A DNA stretch of 64,000 nt, taken from assembly GCA_045661145.1 (NCBI GenBank), contig JAZRFC010000081.1, positions 7,338-71,337 of the forward strand, read 5' to 3'. A program made the translations under genes and the position numbers. Shown piece by piece: positions 9,979-20,826 of this stretch. Numbering within the stretch: the first letter of the stretch is position 1; every line of letters starts with the position of its first letter. The notes beneath the pieces are model-generated. The model saw only the letters and a list, made by a program, of their open reading frames with translations. It searched no databases and was not told the DNA's origin. Origin of the DNA: Clostridia bacterium (lineage in GTDB: Bacteria; Bacillota; Clostridia; UMGS1883).

Positions 9979-10082
9979 CAAATCCCCTCCGCTTGACAAA
10001 ATAAAAAAATATGCTATAATGTACCTGTAAAACTTTGTGTTTTACAGATATCTACATAACTTTTAAAGGAGTGATTGTCCTA

Positions 10083-11369
10083 ATGGACGGGAGTAACGGG
10101 AGTAGTAACACACCGGTATTCGTATTAGTAATCCTTGTGCTTGTTGCACTCAGCGCATTTTTCAGCGCATCTGAAACAGCGCTTTCATCCTACAACAAGG
10201 CGAAGATGAAAAGTGAGGCAGAGGATAAAAAAGGTAAAAAAGCCCGCCGAGTTCTTGAAATCGGCGAAAATTATGAGAAACTGATATCTACAATACTTAT
10301 CGGAAATAATATTGTAAATATTGTAGCAACATCTGTTGCCACACTTCTTTTTACAAGTCTTATTGCGGATAAGGCATTGGCGACAACAGTATCAACTGCA
10401 GTAATGACATTGGCTGTATTGACCTTTGGCGAAATTACACCCAAGACCATTGCGAAACGTACTGCAGACAGCTTTTCCAAGAAAGTAGCAGGGATTTTTG
10501 AGGCCCTTATGGCTGTTTTTACACCTCTTACGGCAATATTTAATTTATGGCAGAAGTTTGTTATGAGCTTTGTCAAAGGGGAAGAGGTTTCCGTAACAGA
10601 GGATGAAATTATTACTGTCGTTGAAGAAGCGGCAGAGGATGGCGAGATTGACGAGCAGGAAAGCGAGCTTATCAAAAATGTCATTAAATTCAGCGACCTT
10701 GATGTAAACGATATTCTCACCCCTCGTGTTGATGTGGCGGCAGTCGATATCAGCTGGGACAGAGAGCGCATTGCTCAGGTTTTTGCAGATACAGAATTTT
10801 CAAGACTGCCTGTTTATGAAGACTCGATAGACAATATTGTGGGCATACTGTATCATAAGGATTTTTCCAATCATGGAGATACGGCTGTAAGTCAGCTGGT
10901 AAAGCCCGTAAAGTTTATTTTCTCATCAATGAAAATTTCAAGACTTCTCCGTCTTTTTCAGGAAAGCAAGTGCCATATGGTGGTCGTAAATGACGAATAT
11001 GGCGGAACAGAGGGTATTGTAACTTTAGAAGACGTTATAGAATCCCTTGTGGGTGAGATTTACGACGAGCACGACGAGGTTGTGGAGGATATTATAAAGA
11101 TTTCCGACGATAAGTACCGCGTTCTTGGTAGTACAAGCATTGATAAATTCCTCGAAACCTTTGAGCTTGAGCTTGAGGAAGAGGACGACGATTCAGACAT
11201 AACTACCGTCAGCGGATTTGCGGCGCATAACCTTGAAAAAATCCCTGATGAGGGTGATATATTCGAACACGAAAACCTTAAAAACACCATTACCAAAACG
11301 GACAGTAACCGTGTTATGGAAGCGGTGGTGCAGGTTTTCCCAAAACCTGAAGAAACAGAAGAAGAGTAA
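10083..11369 (+). CDS. CNNM/HlyC-CorC family transporter (DUF21 + CBS pair + CorC_HlyC)
   Basis: ATG at 10083 behind AAAGGAG. N-terminal TM segments, a central CBS-like region and an acidic C-terminus. The ORF-track start at 10035 is probably too far upstream. Confidence 0.8.
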   Translation: MDGSNGSSNTPVFVLVILVLVALSAFFSASETALSSYNKAKMKSEAEDKKGKKARRVLEIGENYEKLISTILIGNNIVNIVATSVATLLFTSLIADKALATTVSTAVMTLAVLTFGEITPKTIAKRTADSFSKKVAGIFEALMAVFTPLTAIFNLWQKFVMSFVKGEEVSVTEDEIITVVEEAAEDGEIDEQESELIKNVIKFSDLDVNDILTPRVDVAAVDISWDRERIAQVFADTEFSRLPVYEDSIDNIVGILYHKDFSNHGDTAVSQLVKPVKFIFSSMKISRLLRLFQESKCHMVVVNDEYGGTEGIVTLEDVIESLVGEIYDEHDEVVEDIIKISDDKYRVLGSTSIDKFLETFELELEEEDDDSDITTVSGFAAHNLEKIPDEGDIFEHENLKNTITKTDSNRVMEAVVQVFPKPEETEEE

Positions 11370-11425
11370 TAGAGAAAGGGAAAAATACACTGTATTTTTC
11401 CCTTTTTTACCAACAAAGGGGGGGA

Positions 11426-12261
11426 ATGTTATTAAAAAGGCAATTAAATTTATTGCGGATATTCTCGGGCGCATTTCAAAGGACCGTATCGGGGCACAGA
11501 CGGCACATGCCGCCTTTTTCGTAACAGTTTCCTTTGTCCCGTTTCTGATGCTCCTTATCAGTATGATTAAATTTGTCCCGATAGAGGAGGGTAAACTGCT
11601 TGAGGAAATTGTGTCAGTATTTCCAAAAAGCTCACAAGTATTAGTAGAAGCATTGATAACCGACACCTACTCGAAAAGCGATACCGCATTGATGTCTATA
11701 ACTGCTGTAACCACTCTTTGGGCAGCATCCATAGGTGTTTTTTCATTGGTGCGGGGATTAAACCGTGTTTTCTGTGCTGATGAAACGCGAAATTTCATAA
11801 TCGTGCGGATTGTAAGTATGTTCTACACCCTTCTTCTGATGGCACTTTTTATTTTATGTTTGACATTCTTTGTTTTTGGCAATACTATTACTGAGTGGAT
11901 TGCAGGCTATGTGCCGTGGCTGTTCAGAATAACTCCCCTTATCAGAATTCTTAAGCTGATAATCGGTATTCTGGTTTTATCTGCTATCTTTTTGGGGATG
12001 TTCAAAATTATTCCCAACAGAAAAACAAAACTGTCAATGCAGATTCCGGGTGCTCTCATAGGCGGTATCGGGTGGGTAGGATTTTCCGATGTGTTCTCAT
12101 GGTATTTTGAAAGCGTGGCAGACTTTTCCATTTACAGTACACTGTCTATTCTTGTGTTCTTTATGCTGTGGCTTTTTGTATGTATTTATATCCTTTATAT
12201 CGGTGCAGAGGTCAACAAATATTTTGAAGATGCACGCGAATACAAGGCTCTTAGAAAATAG
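11426..12261 (+). CDS. YihY/BrkB family membrane protein; start region apparently frameshifted or non-canonical
   Basis: The body reads ...IKKAIKFIADILGRISKDRIGAQTAHAAFFVTVSFVPFLMLL, plus multiple TM segments. The only SD-linked ATG (11426) is +1 out of frame relative to the body and meets it at an A5 run (11434-11438). Confidence 0.6.
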
Positions 12262-12298
12262 ATGGTGGAAAGCCCTGTAAAAAATTGAAAATAACTCT

Positions 12299-12327
12299 TT
12301 GACAAAAATTTCAGAAAGTGTTATAAT
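12299..12327 (+). promoter_or_regulatory. consensus promoter upstream of carD
   Basis: TTGACA (12299-12304), 17 nt spacer, TATAAT (12322-12327). Confidence 0.55.
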
Positions 12328-12373
12328 AATATTGTAGTTTTATGGCAGAATGTATCGAGGACGGAGGCGTACC

Positions 12374-12868
12374 ATGTACAAAATTGGTGACAGCGTTGTG
12401 TATCCTATGCATGGCGCAGGAGTCATTGAGGATATTGAGCAGAAAGAAATTTTGGGAAAACAGCAGTCGTACTATGTAATGCGTATGCCCATAGGCGATA
12501 TGAAGGTTATGGTCCCGATGGAAAACGCTGCAGGAGTAGGTATGCGCGACGTTATAGGGAAGGCGCAGGCTGAGAAGGTGCTTGATGAATTCCGTACGGT
12601 AGAAACTGACGTTATACAAAATTGGAATAAGAGATTCCGTGAAAATATGGTAAAGATTAAAAGCGGTGACATTTTTGAGGTTTCCGCCGTTGTGAAGAGT
12701 CTGATGCTCCGTGACAGACAGAAAGGACTCTCCACGGGGGAGAGGAAGATGCTCTCCAACGCAAAGCAGATTCTTATCAGCGAAATTGTAGTGGCAACGG
12801 GTATTGACCACAGCAGTATTGAACAGCGTCTCTACGGTATGGTTGATGAAGAACTTGCAAAAGGATAA
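12374..12868 (+). CDS. carD: CarD/CdnL family transcriptional regulator
   Basis: [23 protein letters not shown]-terminus (CarD_TRCF RNAP-interacting domain); ATG at 12374 behind GGAGG. Confidence 0.85.
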   Translation: MYKIGDSVVYPMHGAGVIEDIEQKEILGKQQSYYVMRMPIGDMKVMVPMENAAGVGMRDVIGKAQAEKVLDEFRTVETDVIQNWNKRFRENMVKIKSGDIFEVSAVVKSLMLRDRQKGLSTGERKMLSNAKQILISEIVVATGIDHSSIEQRLYGMVDEELAKG

Positions 12869-12926
12869 TATAACGAGCTTCTCCGAGAGGGGAAGCTTTT
12901 GTTTCAATTTACAGGTGGGTGAATTT

Positions 12927-14075
12927 ATGTACAACGGAAAAACCGTATCGGCAGTAATCGTAGCGGCAGGAAGCGGAACACGAATGGGCAGGGACAAGAT
13001 GCTTATTGACCTTTTTGGAAAGAGCGTGCTTTCCCGTACTGTGGAGGCTTTTTCGCACACGGGTTTTTTTGATGAAATAATCATAGTCTGCTCCGAAAAG
13101 AACAGGGATACCTTTGCAGAAGAATTGAAACCGTACCCCGTAAAGCTTGTGCTTGGCGGATTAACCCGTGGGGAAAGCTCCTTTTTGGGGATTGATGCGG
13201 CACAGGGCGAGATTGTAGTGATTCACGACGGGGCCCGTCCCCTTGTTACAAAGGAAATAATAGAAAATACCCTCATTGCCTGCATGACAACAGGTTGTGC
13301 GGCGGCAGGCGTAAAATCCAAGGATACCATAAAAACCGTCACCCCCGACAATATTATTGCATCTACCGTCGACAGAGACTCGGCGGTGCTTATACAGACC
13401 CCGCAGGCTTTTAAAAGGGAGCTTATTAAATCTGCATATGACAAATTTGGCTTCCAGATGACAGACGATTGCGCCCTTATGGAGAAAATGGGCGAAAGTA
13501 TAATAATTGTTGAGGGAAGCTACGAAAACATCAAGCTTACCACGGCGGAGGACATTGTAACTGCCGAGGGAATCTTGCGTAAACGCGGAACAGGAGGCAG
13601 TGCTGTGCGGATAGGAACGGGCTTTGATACACATAAACTTATAGAGGGCAGACCTCTTATAATAGGCGGTGTCAACATACCTTACGAAAAAGGTCTGGCA
13701 GGACACAGTGATGCGGATGTACTTATTCATGCCGTGATTGATGCGCTTTTCGGTGCGGCGGCATTGGGTGATATAGGAAAACATTTCCCCGACACCGACG
13801 AAAAGTACAAGGGTGCCGACAGTATGCTCCTTTTAGAGGAAACTGTAAGGGAAGTACGGGATGCAGGCTATGAAATAGGGAATATTGACGTAACCCTCAT
13901 AGCACAGGCACCGAAAATGGCACCGCACATAGACTCTATGCGTGAAAACCTTGCAAGGGCAATGAGAGTTTCAGCTCAGGCAGTCAGCATCAAGGCAAAA
14001 ACCAATGAACATATGGGCTTTACGGGCAGAGGTGAGGGAATCGAAGCACGTGCAGTTGCCCTCATAACAAAATAA
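12927..14075 (+). CDS. ispDF: bifunctional IspD/IspF (MEP cytidylyltransferase / MEcPP synthase)
   Basis: N-terminal AAGSGTRMG (IspD). C-terminal half has GTGFDTHKL and [10 protein letters not shown] (IspF). Confidence 0.9.
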   Translation: MYNGKTVSAVIVAAGSGTRMGRDKMLIDLFGKSVLSRTVEAFSHTGFFDEIIIVCSEKNRDTFAEELKPYPVKLVLGGLTRGESSFLGIDAAQGEIVVIHDGARPLVTKEIIENTLIACMTTGCAAAGVKSKDTIKTVTPDNIIASTVDRDSAVLIQTPQAFKRELIKSAYDKFGFQMTDDCALMEKMGESIIIVEGSYENIKLTTAEDIVTAEGILRKRGTGGSAVRIGTGFDTHKLIEGRPLIIGGVNIPYEKGLAGHSDADVLIHAVIDALFGAAALGDIGKHFPDTDEKYKGADSMLLLEETVREVRDAGYEIGNIDVTLIAQAPKMAPHIDSMRENLARAMRVSAQAVSIKAKTNEHMGFTGRGEGIEARAVALITK

Positions 14076-14131
14076 CAATATCTGTAAATAAAAAACGCCT
14101 CTTTGGAAATGCTAACCAAAGAGGTGTTTTT

Positions 14132-15235
14132 ATGAAAGGTGTTATTAAAAAAGCGGCATTATTTTTAGGAAGCGGCGCAGTAATTATGCTTATTCTCGCA
14201 GGAACATATACCTTGTTTTCCCCCGAGGAAAATTTATCTCCCGAAAACGGTGAAAGACTCAGCTATTCTTCCACAAATTTCGGAGATATAGGGGAAACAA
14301 GTCCCTCCAATGTGGAAAATATGTTGGAGGAAACCCTCCAATGTGTGGTGGGAATATCCAGCGCCGACACATCCTCGGGAATAAACAGCAAAACTCAGTG
14401 GTATATGGGGAGCGGCATTCTTGCAAGCAGTGACGGGTATATTATCACCAATCACCACGTAATAGGTGCCCGTCCCCAACGTATTGAGGTAACGCTGTAC
14501 AACGGTGAAACTCTTGAAGGGAAAACCGTGTGGAGTGAGAGCAGTCTTGACCTTGCTGTTGTAAAAATTGAGGGTACAGATTATCCCTACTGTCAGTTGG
14601 GCGATGCAAGAAACCTCAGAGTCGGGGAAAGTGTCTTTGCTATCGGTAACCCACTCAGTATGCAGTTTCAGAGGACTGTTACTGCAGGTATTGTAAGTGC
14701 ATTGGGCAGAAGCATCAGCATAGAAAATGATGAGGGTGAGCAAAGCTATATGGAGGACCTTATCCAGACCGACGCTTCCATAAACCCCGGAAACAGTGGG
14801 GGCCCCCTCATAAATATATCGGGAGAGGTTGTGGGAATTAATACCGTCAAGGTTTCCTCGGCAGAGGGAATGGGCTTTGCCGTACCGATAAATACCTGCA
14901 TCCCCGTCATATCAAGGCTTCAGAATGCAGGAAGCTTCCGCACGCCGTACCTCGGACTATATGCATATACTCCTGAGGCGGCAAAATACCTTCGGGTGGA
15001 CGACACCATCAGCGAAGGTCTTTTTGTTGCAAAGCTTGATACCGACGGACCTGCATTCAAGGCAGGGCTCCGCTACGCTGACATTATTGTTTCGATAAAC
15101 GGCAAAAAAATCGATACAATGCTTTCCCTCCGTGAAGAGCTTTACAGACGGCAGGGCGGTGAAACCGTCGAAATAGAATTTATACGAAAAGGCTCGGTGC
15201 GAAGAGTAGAGGTAATGCTGGCAACTGCAAATTAA
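14132..15235 (+). CDS. HtrA/DegP-like trypsin-family serine protease with C-terminal PDZ
   Basis: N-terminal TM segment. Catalytic triad contexts TNHHV, DLAVVK, GNSGGPL. PDZ-like C-terminus. Confidence 0.85.
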   Translation: MKGVIKKAALFLGSGAVIMLILAGTYTLFSPEENLSPENGERLSYSSTNFGDIGETSPSNVENMLEETLQCVVGISSADTSSGINSKTQWYMGSGILASSDGYIITNHHVIGARPQRIEVTLYNGETLEGKTVWSESSLDLAVVKIEGTDYPYCQLGDARNLRVGESVFAIGNPLSMQFQRTVTAGIVSALGRSISIENDEGEQSYMEDLIQTDASINPGNSGGPLINISGEVVGINTVKVSSAEGMGFAVPINTCIPVISRLQNAGSFRTPYLGLYAYTPEAAKYLRVDDTISEGLFVAKLDTDGPAFKAGLRYADIIVSINGKKIDTMLSLREELYRRQGGETVEIEFIRKGSVRRVEVMLATAN

Positions 15236-15394
15236 AAAAATCGTAATATAAATAGGAAGAGGCTCTTTTTTATGAGTTTCTTCCTATTTAAATATGAAGC
15301 TCATTTTTACTTTGAGTCAATGTTACAGTAAATTACACAATATGATACTAATATTACAAAACATTACAGTTTGGTTACAGATGAAAAAAACCTA

Positions 15395-15423
15395 TTGACG
15401 TATAAAAAAAATGATGTTATACT
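15395..15423 (+). promoter_or_regulatory. consensus promoter of the S-layer gene
   Basis: TTGACG (15395-15400), 17 nt spacer, TATACT (15418-15423), followed by a ~60-nt leader and a strong AGGAGGAAGAG SD. Confidence 0.55.
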
Positions 15424-15486
15424 CGCAATAGAGTAAAGGGGGAAAGCCCCACTCAAAATATAATTTTATAGGAGGAAGAGATTATC

Positions 15487-18400
15487 ATGAAAAATCTCAA
15501 GAAGACACTCGCAGTTGTTCTTGCATTTGCTATGATTCTCAGCATGGGTGCAGTTAGCACATTTGCTGCATATTCAGATGTAACTGCTGGAACAATAGTT
15601 TCTGAGGCAGTTGATGTTCTTTCTGGTCTTAAGATTCTTACAGGCTTTGAAGATGGAACATTTAAGCCCGAAGATACTGTTACAAGAGCTCAGATGGCTG
15701 CAATCATCTGCCGTACTCTCGGTTACGAGGATCAGGCACAGAGCAGCATGGGTTCAACAGTATTCACTGACGTTCCCGCTAGTCACTGGGCAAGCGGCTA
15801 CATCAATGTAGCTCAGGCTCAGCAGATCATTAACGGTTACGGCAATGGTCAGTATGGCCCCGAAGATCTCGTTACTTACGAGCAGGCAGTTAAGATGATT
15901 GTTTCTGCACTCGGTTATGACATCGCTGCAGAAGGTAAGGGTGGTTACCCCACAGGTTACCTTGCAATCGCTTCTGCTGAAGGTATCACAAAGAATTCTA
16001 ACGGTCTTGTAGGTTCCGCTGCAAAGAGAGGAACAATCGCAGTTCTCGTTTACAATTCTCTTGAAGTTCGTCTTATGGACCAGACAGCTTGGTCAACAGA
16101 CGGTACTGACACTTATCAGAAGGACAATGCAAACATCCTTACAACTTACCTTGACGTTGTAAAGGTTGAAGGTACAGTAATTGCTAACCCCATTACTGAA
16201 GCTGCTGCTTACGGTGCATACGTTCCCGATTCAGAACCTTTCGTTACAATCGATGGTGATGCATGGGTATTCGGTTCCACTGCAAGCTACGAAGGTTACA
16301 GACCTTACAACAAGGAACCCATCGGTACTGTACAGGCTCTTCAGAGCAACGGCAGATTCGATGCTGAACGCGTAGATGTAAACAATCTCGCTGGTAAGTA
16401 TGTAATCGCTTACATTGGTCATGATGAAGTTACAGACAGAGAAACTGTTTTCGCTATCACAGAAAGCAAGAACAGAAACACAAGCATCAAGATTAGTGCT
16501 AACAAGCTTGTAGAAACAGGCCACAAGTGGTTCAACGAAGCAGGTTATGTTGGTTACAAGGATGGCGGTGCTAAGAGACTTTCTCTTGCAGCTAATGCAG
16601 TTCTTTACAAGAACTTCGATAACCTTGGTACAGGTTACAACACAACATCTGCTATCGCAGGTTTGCTTGGTAACGGTGGTATCGTTGAATTCGTTTCCAA
16701 CGATGGTGATGATGAAATCGAATACATCTTCGTTACAGCTTATGAAAACGAAGCAGTAATCGAAAAGGTTGAAGAAGTTAACGGTTCTTACCTCTTCGAA
16801 GCTTATAACCCCGGCGCTAACCTTAGCAAGATTGATCCTAACAATGACAGCAAGCTCTTTGTTATCTACAAGGACGGCGTAGCTGCTACAGCTGCTGACC
16901 TTGCTGTAAACGATACAATCTCTACTGTTAAGGTTGCAAAGAACTTCTATATCTACTACGCTTCCTCTGCAACAGTTACAGGTGCAGTTGAAGGTTACAA
17001 TCCTGATGAAGGTATCGTAACAATCGGTGGTACTGATTACGAAGTTTCTAAGCAGGAATACTATTCTGCTGGTTCTTACCAGGTAGCAAAACTTGCTGGT
17101 GAAGAAGGTATCTTCTTCCTTAACGTTGACGGTCAGATCGCTTATAACGAAACTGCTCCCGTAAACGGTGGTTCTTACGCTCTTATCACAGCTCTTTACA
17201 AGAAGACTTCTGGTATCAGCGAAGACTATGTACAGGTAGTTCTTGCTGACGGTACAGTTGCAGAATACCAGATTTCTGACAGAATTTCTGTTGTAGATGC
17301 TGATAACAACACTTACAACAATATCGATACAAAGGGTGAATTCCTCACAGAATACCAGGCTAAACTTACTGCTACAACACAGGCAGACGGCCAGGCTAAG
17401 GAAGCTACAAGCTACTTCGCAAAGAAGGGCGACTTCACAGCTGCAAGCAACCTTCTTGTTAAGCTTGCTGTAAACAGCAGCGGTGTTGTTACAAAGGTTA
17501 GACTCCTTGACGGTACTGCTCAGAATGCAAACGGTAAGTATGATGAAGCAGCTATTACAGTTGGTAACAAAGAATTCGACGAAAATGCAGTAATCTTCTC
17601 TGTTAAGACAAATACTGTTGGCACTAATGCAGCTATCAAGGCTACTGACGTTAAGGTTGGTGCAATTGCTGATTTCTTCGCTGATGATGAACTCTACACA
17701 CTTGTTGGTTTCGACGAAGAAGATAGCGTATTCAGCGCAGGTGTTGGCGTAGACCTTGCAAAAGCTCTTGCAGCTGACGGTGCTGTATTCGTTGTATCCG
17801 GTAGAAAGAACGTATCTTACAATGATGATGATGCATATGTAATCACAGGTATGATGGCTGGCGAAGAAATGTCTATCACTATCTACAATGAAGATGGTTA
17901 CAATGGACAGAATCCCGCTGTTCTTCAGGCTGGTGACGTTCTCGCTATTGCAGAACCCAATGAAGAAGGTATTGTAAGCGAATTCGAGCTTCTTAACGAC
18001 TTCGTTAAGTCTGCTCCTGCAACTTCTGTTTCTACTCAGATCACAACTGCAAAGGTTGATGATGAAATTGCACAGGGCTTCGGTGCTCTTGTAAGTGCTG
18101 ATAACAAGAAGTTTGCTATTGATTCAGCTGTAGCATATGCAATTCCTGTTCAGGATCCTGCTGATACTACACCTCCTTATTCTACTATTGCAAACTTGTA
18201 TGCTGCAAATGCAAACATTTCTTACAGAGATGCTAACTATACTCTTGTAGACTTCTCTGAAGATTACAAGTATCCTGCAGTAACAGCAGAAGGTGCTTCT
18301 AAGGCTCTCTTCGACTTCGATTCTTATGTAACATATGTATTCGTAAGAGCAGTTGAAGGCAAGCTTGCAGACGTTGTTGTTTACAGAATGTCTGAAAAGA

Positions 18401-18657
18401 GTGACCTTGTTATTACAGCTGACACAGTAGAAGCTGGTGATGGTGTTATTACTTTCACAGAAAATGCTGATACTGTTACTTTGTCCAACCTTGTTTACAC
18501 AATTCCTGGTGTTACATTGTCAATCAATGGTGACCAGATTGATGTAGATGCTGGTACTCTTGCAGCAGGCAATGTAATTACAGTTGATTATACTCTTACA
18601 AAGGCTGGATATGCTAATGTAACTGGTACACTTACAATTACAGTTGTTGCTCCGTAA
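15487..18657 (+). CDS. S-layer / cell-surface protein with signal peptide and three N-terminal SLH domains
   Basis: 1056 aa. Signal peptide MKNLKKTLAVVLAFAMILSMGAVSTFA. SLH repeats (FSDVTAG..FKPEDTVTRAQMAAII; FTDVPASHWASGYI..). Very strong codon bias consistent with high expression. Confidence 0.85.
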   Translation: MKNLKKTLAVVLAFAMILSMGAVSTFAAYSDVTAGTIVSEAVDVLSGLKILTGFEDGTFKPEDTVTRAQMAAIICRTLGYEDQAQSSMGSTVFTDVPASHWASGYINVAQAQQIINGYGNGQYGPEDLVTYEQAVKMIVSALGYDIAAEGKGGYPTGYLAIASAEGITKNSNGLVGSAAKRGTIAVLVYNSLEVRLMDQTAWSTDGTDTYQKDNANILTTYLDVVKVEGTVIANPITEAAAYGAYVPDSEPFVTIDGDAWVFGSTASYEGYRPYNKEPIGTVQALQSNGRFDAERVDVNNLAGKYVIAYIGHDEVTDRETVFAITESKNRNTSIKISANKLVETGHKWFNEAGYVGYKDGGAKRLSLAANAVLYKNFDNLGTGYNTTSAIAGLLGNGGIVEFVSNDGDDEIEYIFVTAYENEAVIEKVEEVNGSYLFEAYNPGANLSKIDPNNDSKLFVIYKDGVAATAADLAVNDTISTVKVAKNFYIYYASSATVTGAVEGYNPDEGIVTIGGTDYEVSKQEYYSAGSYQVAKLAGEEGIFFLNVDGQIAYNETAPVNGGSYALITALYKKTSGISEDYVQVVLADGTVAEYQISDRISVVDADNNTYNNIDTKGEFLTEYQAKLTATTQADGQAKEATSYFAKKGDFTAASNLLVKLAVNSSGVVTKVRLLDGTAQNANGKYDEAAITVGNKEFDENAVIFSVKTNTVGTNAAIKATDVKVGAIADFFADDELYTLVGFDEEDSVFSAGVGVDLAKALAADGAVFVVSGRKNVSYNDDDAYVITGMMAGEEMSITIYNEDGYNGQNPAVLQAGDVLAIAEPNEEGIVSEFELLNDFVKSAPATSVSTQITTAKVDDEIAQGFGALVSADNKKFAIDSAVAYAIPVQDPADTTPPYSTIANLYAANANISYRDANYTLVDFSEDYKYPAVTAEGASKALFDFDSYVTYVFVRAVEGKLADVVVYRMSEKSDLVITADTVEAGDGVITFTENADTVTLSNLVYTIPGVTLSINGDQIDVDAGTLAAGNVITVDYTLTKAGYANVTGTLTITVVAP

Positions 18658-18689
18658 TCTTTGACTCTTATAAAATTAATAGTCAATTT

Positions 18690-18727
18690 AAAAAAGGACA
18701 GTCCCGAAAGGGGCTGTTCTTTTTTTG
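18690..18727 (+). terminator. intrinsic terminator after the S-layer gene
   Basis: GGACAGTCCC-GAAA-GGGGCTGTTC hairpin flanked by an A-run and a T-run. Confidence 0.75.
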
Positions 18728-18777
18728 TTATTTTTCTTGACCTTTTAAAGCTCTTGTGTTATAATTACAAAGGAAAA

Positions 18778-19008
18778 AGCAATGATGGAGACAGTAACCT
18801 CTGCCGAGTATACGAGAGAGGGGTGCAAAGCTGGAAGCACCCTATACAGAGTTTTGGTGAAGACCACTCCGGAGCTGCAGGGAGGAAACCTAGTATTCTC
18901 TGCCGTGAACCTGCGTTAATGGAAATTGAGTTAAAATTAAGGTGGAACCGTGCTTGGTTTTTGAACTAACGCACCCTTAATACGTTGTATTAGGGGTGCT
19001 TATTTTTT
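18778..19008 (+). promoter_or_regulatory. T-box leader (Thr specifier ACC) controlling thrS
   Basis: AGAGAG/GGTGCAAAGCTGGAAGCACC stem I elements. Specifier-loop context GAAGACCA. T-box sequence AATTAAGGTGGAACCGTGC at about 18936-18954. Terminator GCACCC..GGGGTGC plus T-run at 18971-19008. Confidence 0.8.
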
Positions 19009-19024
19009 GAAAGGATGATATAAA

Positions 19025-20779
19025 ATGGCAGAAATGAATGAACTGCAAACCTTAAGACACTCTGCGTCACACGTTATGGCGCAGGCTGTAAAAAGACTTT
19101 TCCCCGAGGTAAAGCTTGCAATAGGTCCGGCTATTGACACAGGCTTTTACTATGACTTCGACACTCCCACTCCTTTCACTCCCGAGGATTTGGAGAAAAT
19201 CGAAGCGGAAATGAAAAAAATAGCAAAGGAAAACCTCAAAATTGAGCGTTTTGAACTTCCCCGTGAAGAAGCACTTGAGCTTATGAAGGACGAGCCCTAC
19301 AAGGTTGAGCTTATCAATGACCTTCCCGAGGGCGAAACAATTTCTTTCTACAAGCAGGGTGAATTTACAGACCTTTGTGCAGGTCCTCACGTGAACTACA
19401 CAAGCAAGGTTAAGGCATACAAGCTTCTCAGTGCAACAGGTGCATATTGGAGAGGCGACGAAAAGAACAAGATGCTTCAGCGTATCTACGCAACAGCATT
19501 CCTTAATAAAGAAGACCTTGAGGCAGAGCTTGCAAGGCGTGAAGAAGCAAAGAAGCGTGACCACAACAAGCTCGGCCGTGAACTTGAGCTCTTCACAACA
19601 AGCGATGTTATCGGTCAGGGACTTCCCATTCTTCTTCCCAAGGTTGCAAGAATAATTCAGCTTCTCCAGAGATTTGTTGAGGATGAAGAACAGAAGAGGG
19701 GTTGGCTCCTTACCAAGACTCCCCTTATGGCAAAGAGCGACCTTTACAAGATTTCCGGCCATTGGGACCACTATCAGGACGGTATGTTTGTAATGGGTGA
19801 CGAGGCAGAGGACAAGGAAGTTTTCGCACTCCGTCCCATGACCTGTCCTTTCCAATATCAGGCATTTCTTAACCGTGGCAGAAGCTACCGTGACCTTCCC
19901 ATGCGCCTTAACGAGACCTCTACACTTTTCCGTAACGAGGCTTCCGGCGAAATGCACGGCCTTATCCGTGTAAGACAGTTCACCATCTCCGAGGGACACC
20001 TTATGTGTACACCCGAGCAGTTGGAGGATGAATTCAAAAATTGCCTTGAGCTTGCTATCTATATGCTCAAGACTCTTGGTCTTTACGAAGATGTTTCCTA
20101 CCGTTTCTCACAGTGGGACCCCCACGACAGCGAAAAGTATATCGGCACTCCCGAGCAGTGGGATGAAGCTCAGGGTATGATGGAAAAAATCCTCAATCAC
20201 CTTGAAATCCCCTACAAGGTGGGTATCGGTGAAGCAGCATTCTACGGCCCCAAGCTTGACATTCAGATTAAGAATGTATTCGGCAAGGAAGATACTCTTA
20301 TCACAATTCAGATTGACCAGATGCTTGCACAGCAGTTCGGTATGGAATATGTGGATAAGGACGGCGTGAAGAAGAATCCCTACATCATTCACAGAACATC
20401 AATCGGCTGTTACGAGAGAACGCTTGCACTCCTTATCGAGAAGTATGCAGGTGCATTCCCCGTATGGCTTGCACCCGTTCAGGTGAAGCTTCTTCCCATT
20501 GCTGACCGTCACCTTGACTATATTTACGAGGTTAAGAGAAAGCTCGAGGAAAGCGGTATAATCCGTATTGAAATTGATGACAGAAGCGAAAAAATCGGTT
20601 ATAAGATTCGTGAAGCACAGCTTGAAAAAGTTCCATATATGCTTCTCGTAGGTGATAAGGATATTGAAGGGGGCACAGTTTCTATCCGTGACCGTCGCGA
20701 TGGTGACATCGGAAGTATGTCAATAGAGGAATTTATTGCAAAGATTACTGAAGAAGTAGCGAACAAAACAATTAAATAA
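19025..20779 (+). CDS. thrS: threonine--tRNA ligase (short form lacking the N-terminal TGS region)
   Basis: 584 aa. HSASHVMAQA editing-domain motif, class II core, C-terminal anticodon-binding domain. Confidence 0.95.
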   Translation: MAEMNELQTLRHSASHVMAQAVKRLFPEVKLAIGPAIDTGFYYDFDTPTPFTPEDLEKIEAEMKKIAKENLKIERFELPREEALELMKDEPYKVELINDLPEGETISFYKQGEFTDLCAGPHVNYTSKVKAYKLLSATGAYWRGDEKNKMLQRIYATAFLNKEDLEAELARREEAKKRDHNKLGRELELFTTSDVIGQGLPILLPKVARIIQLLQRFVEDEEQKRGWLLTKTPLMAKSDLYKISGHWDHYQDGMFVMGDEAEDKEVFALRPMTCPFQYQAFLNRGRSYRDLPMRLNETSTLFRNEASGEMHGLIRVRQFTISEGHLMCTPEQLEDEFKNCLELAIYMLKTLGLYEDVSYRFSQWDPHDSEKYIGTPEQWDEAQGMMEKILNHLEIPYKVGIGEAAFYGPKLDIQIKNVFGKEDTLITIQIDQMLAQQFGMEYVDKDGVKKNPYIIHRTSIGCYERTLALLIEKYAGAFPVWLAPVQVKLLPIADRHLDYIYEVKRKLEESGIIRIEIDDRSEKIGYKIREAQLEKVPYMLLVGDKDIEGGTVSIRDRRDGDIGSMSIEEFIAKITEEVANKTIK

Positions 20780-20782
20780 GCT

Positions 20783-20826
20783 AAAACAAGAACAGAATCT
20801 CAATTTGGAGATTCTGTTCTTGTTTT
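20783..20826 (+). terminator. intrinsic terminator after thrS
   Basis: AAAACAAGAACAGAATCTC...GAGATTCTGTTCTTGTTTT, a long perfect stem. Confidence 0.8.

Noticed and set aside
18661-18969. 102-aa ORF downstream of the S-layer gene.
   Set aside because: It lies entirely within the terminator, promoter and T-box leader of thrS. It starts at TTG with no SD.
19067-19999. 310-aa ORF antisense to thrS. Similar long antisense ORFs occur at 60438-61802, 44638-45528, 50141-50959, 12311-13084, 36930-37769 and 31179-31799.
   Set aside because: Each fully overlaps a sense gene with unmistakable conserved motifs. They have Cys/Phe/Leu-rich low-complexity composition, no SD, and no recognisable domains. 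They are typical stop-poor antisense frames of codon-biased genes.
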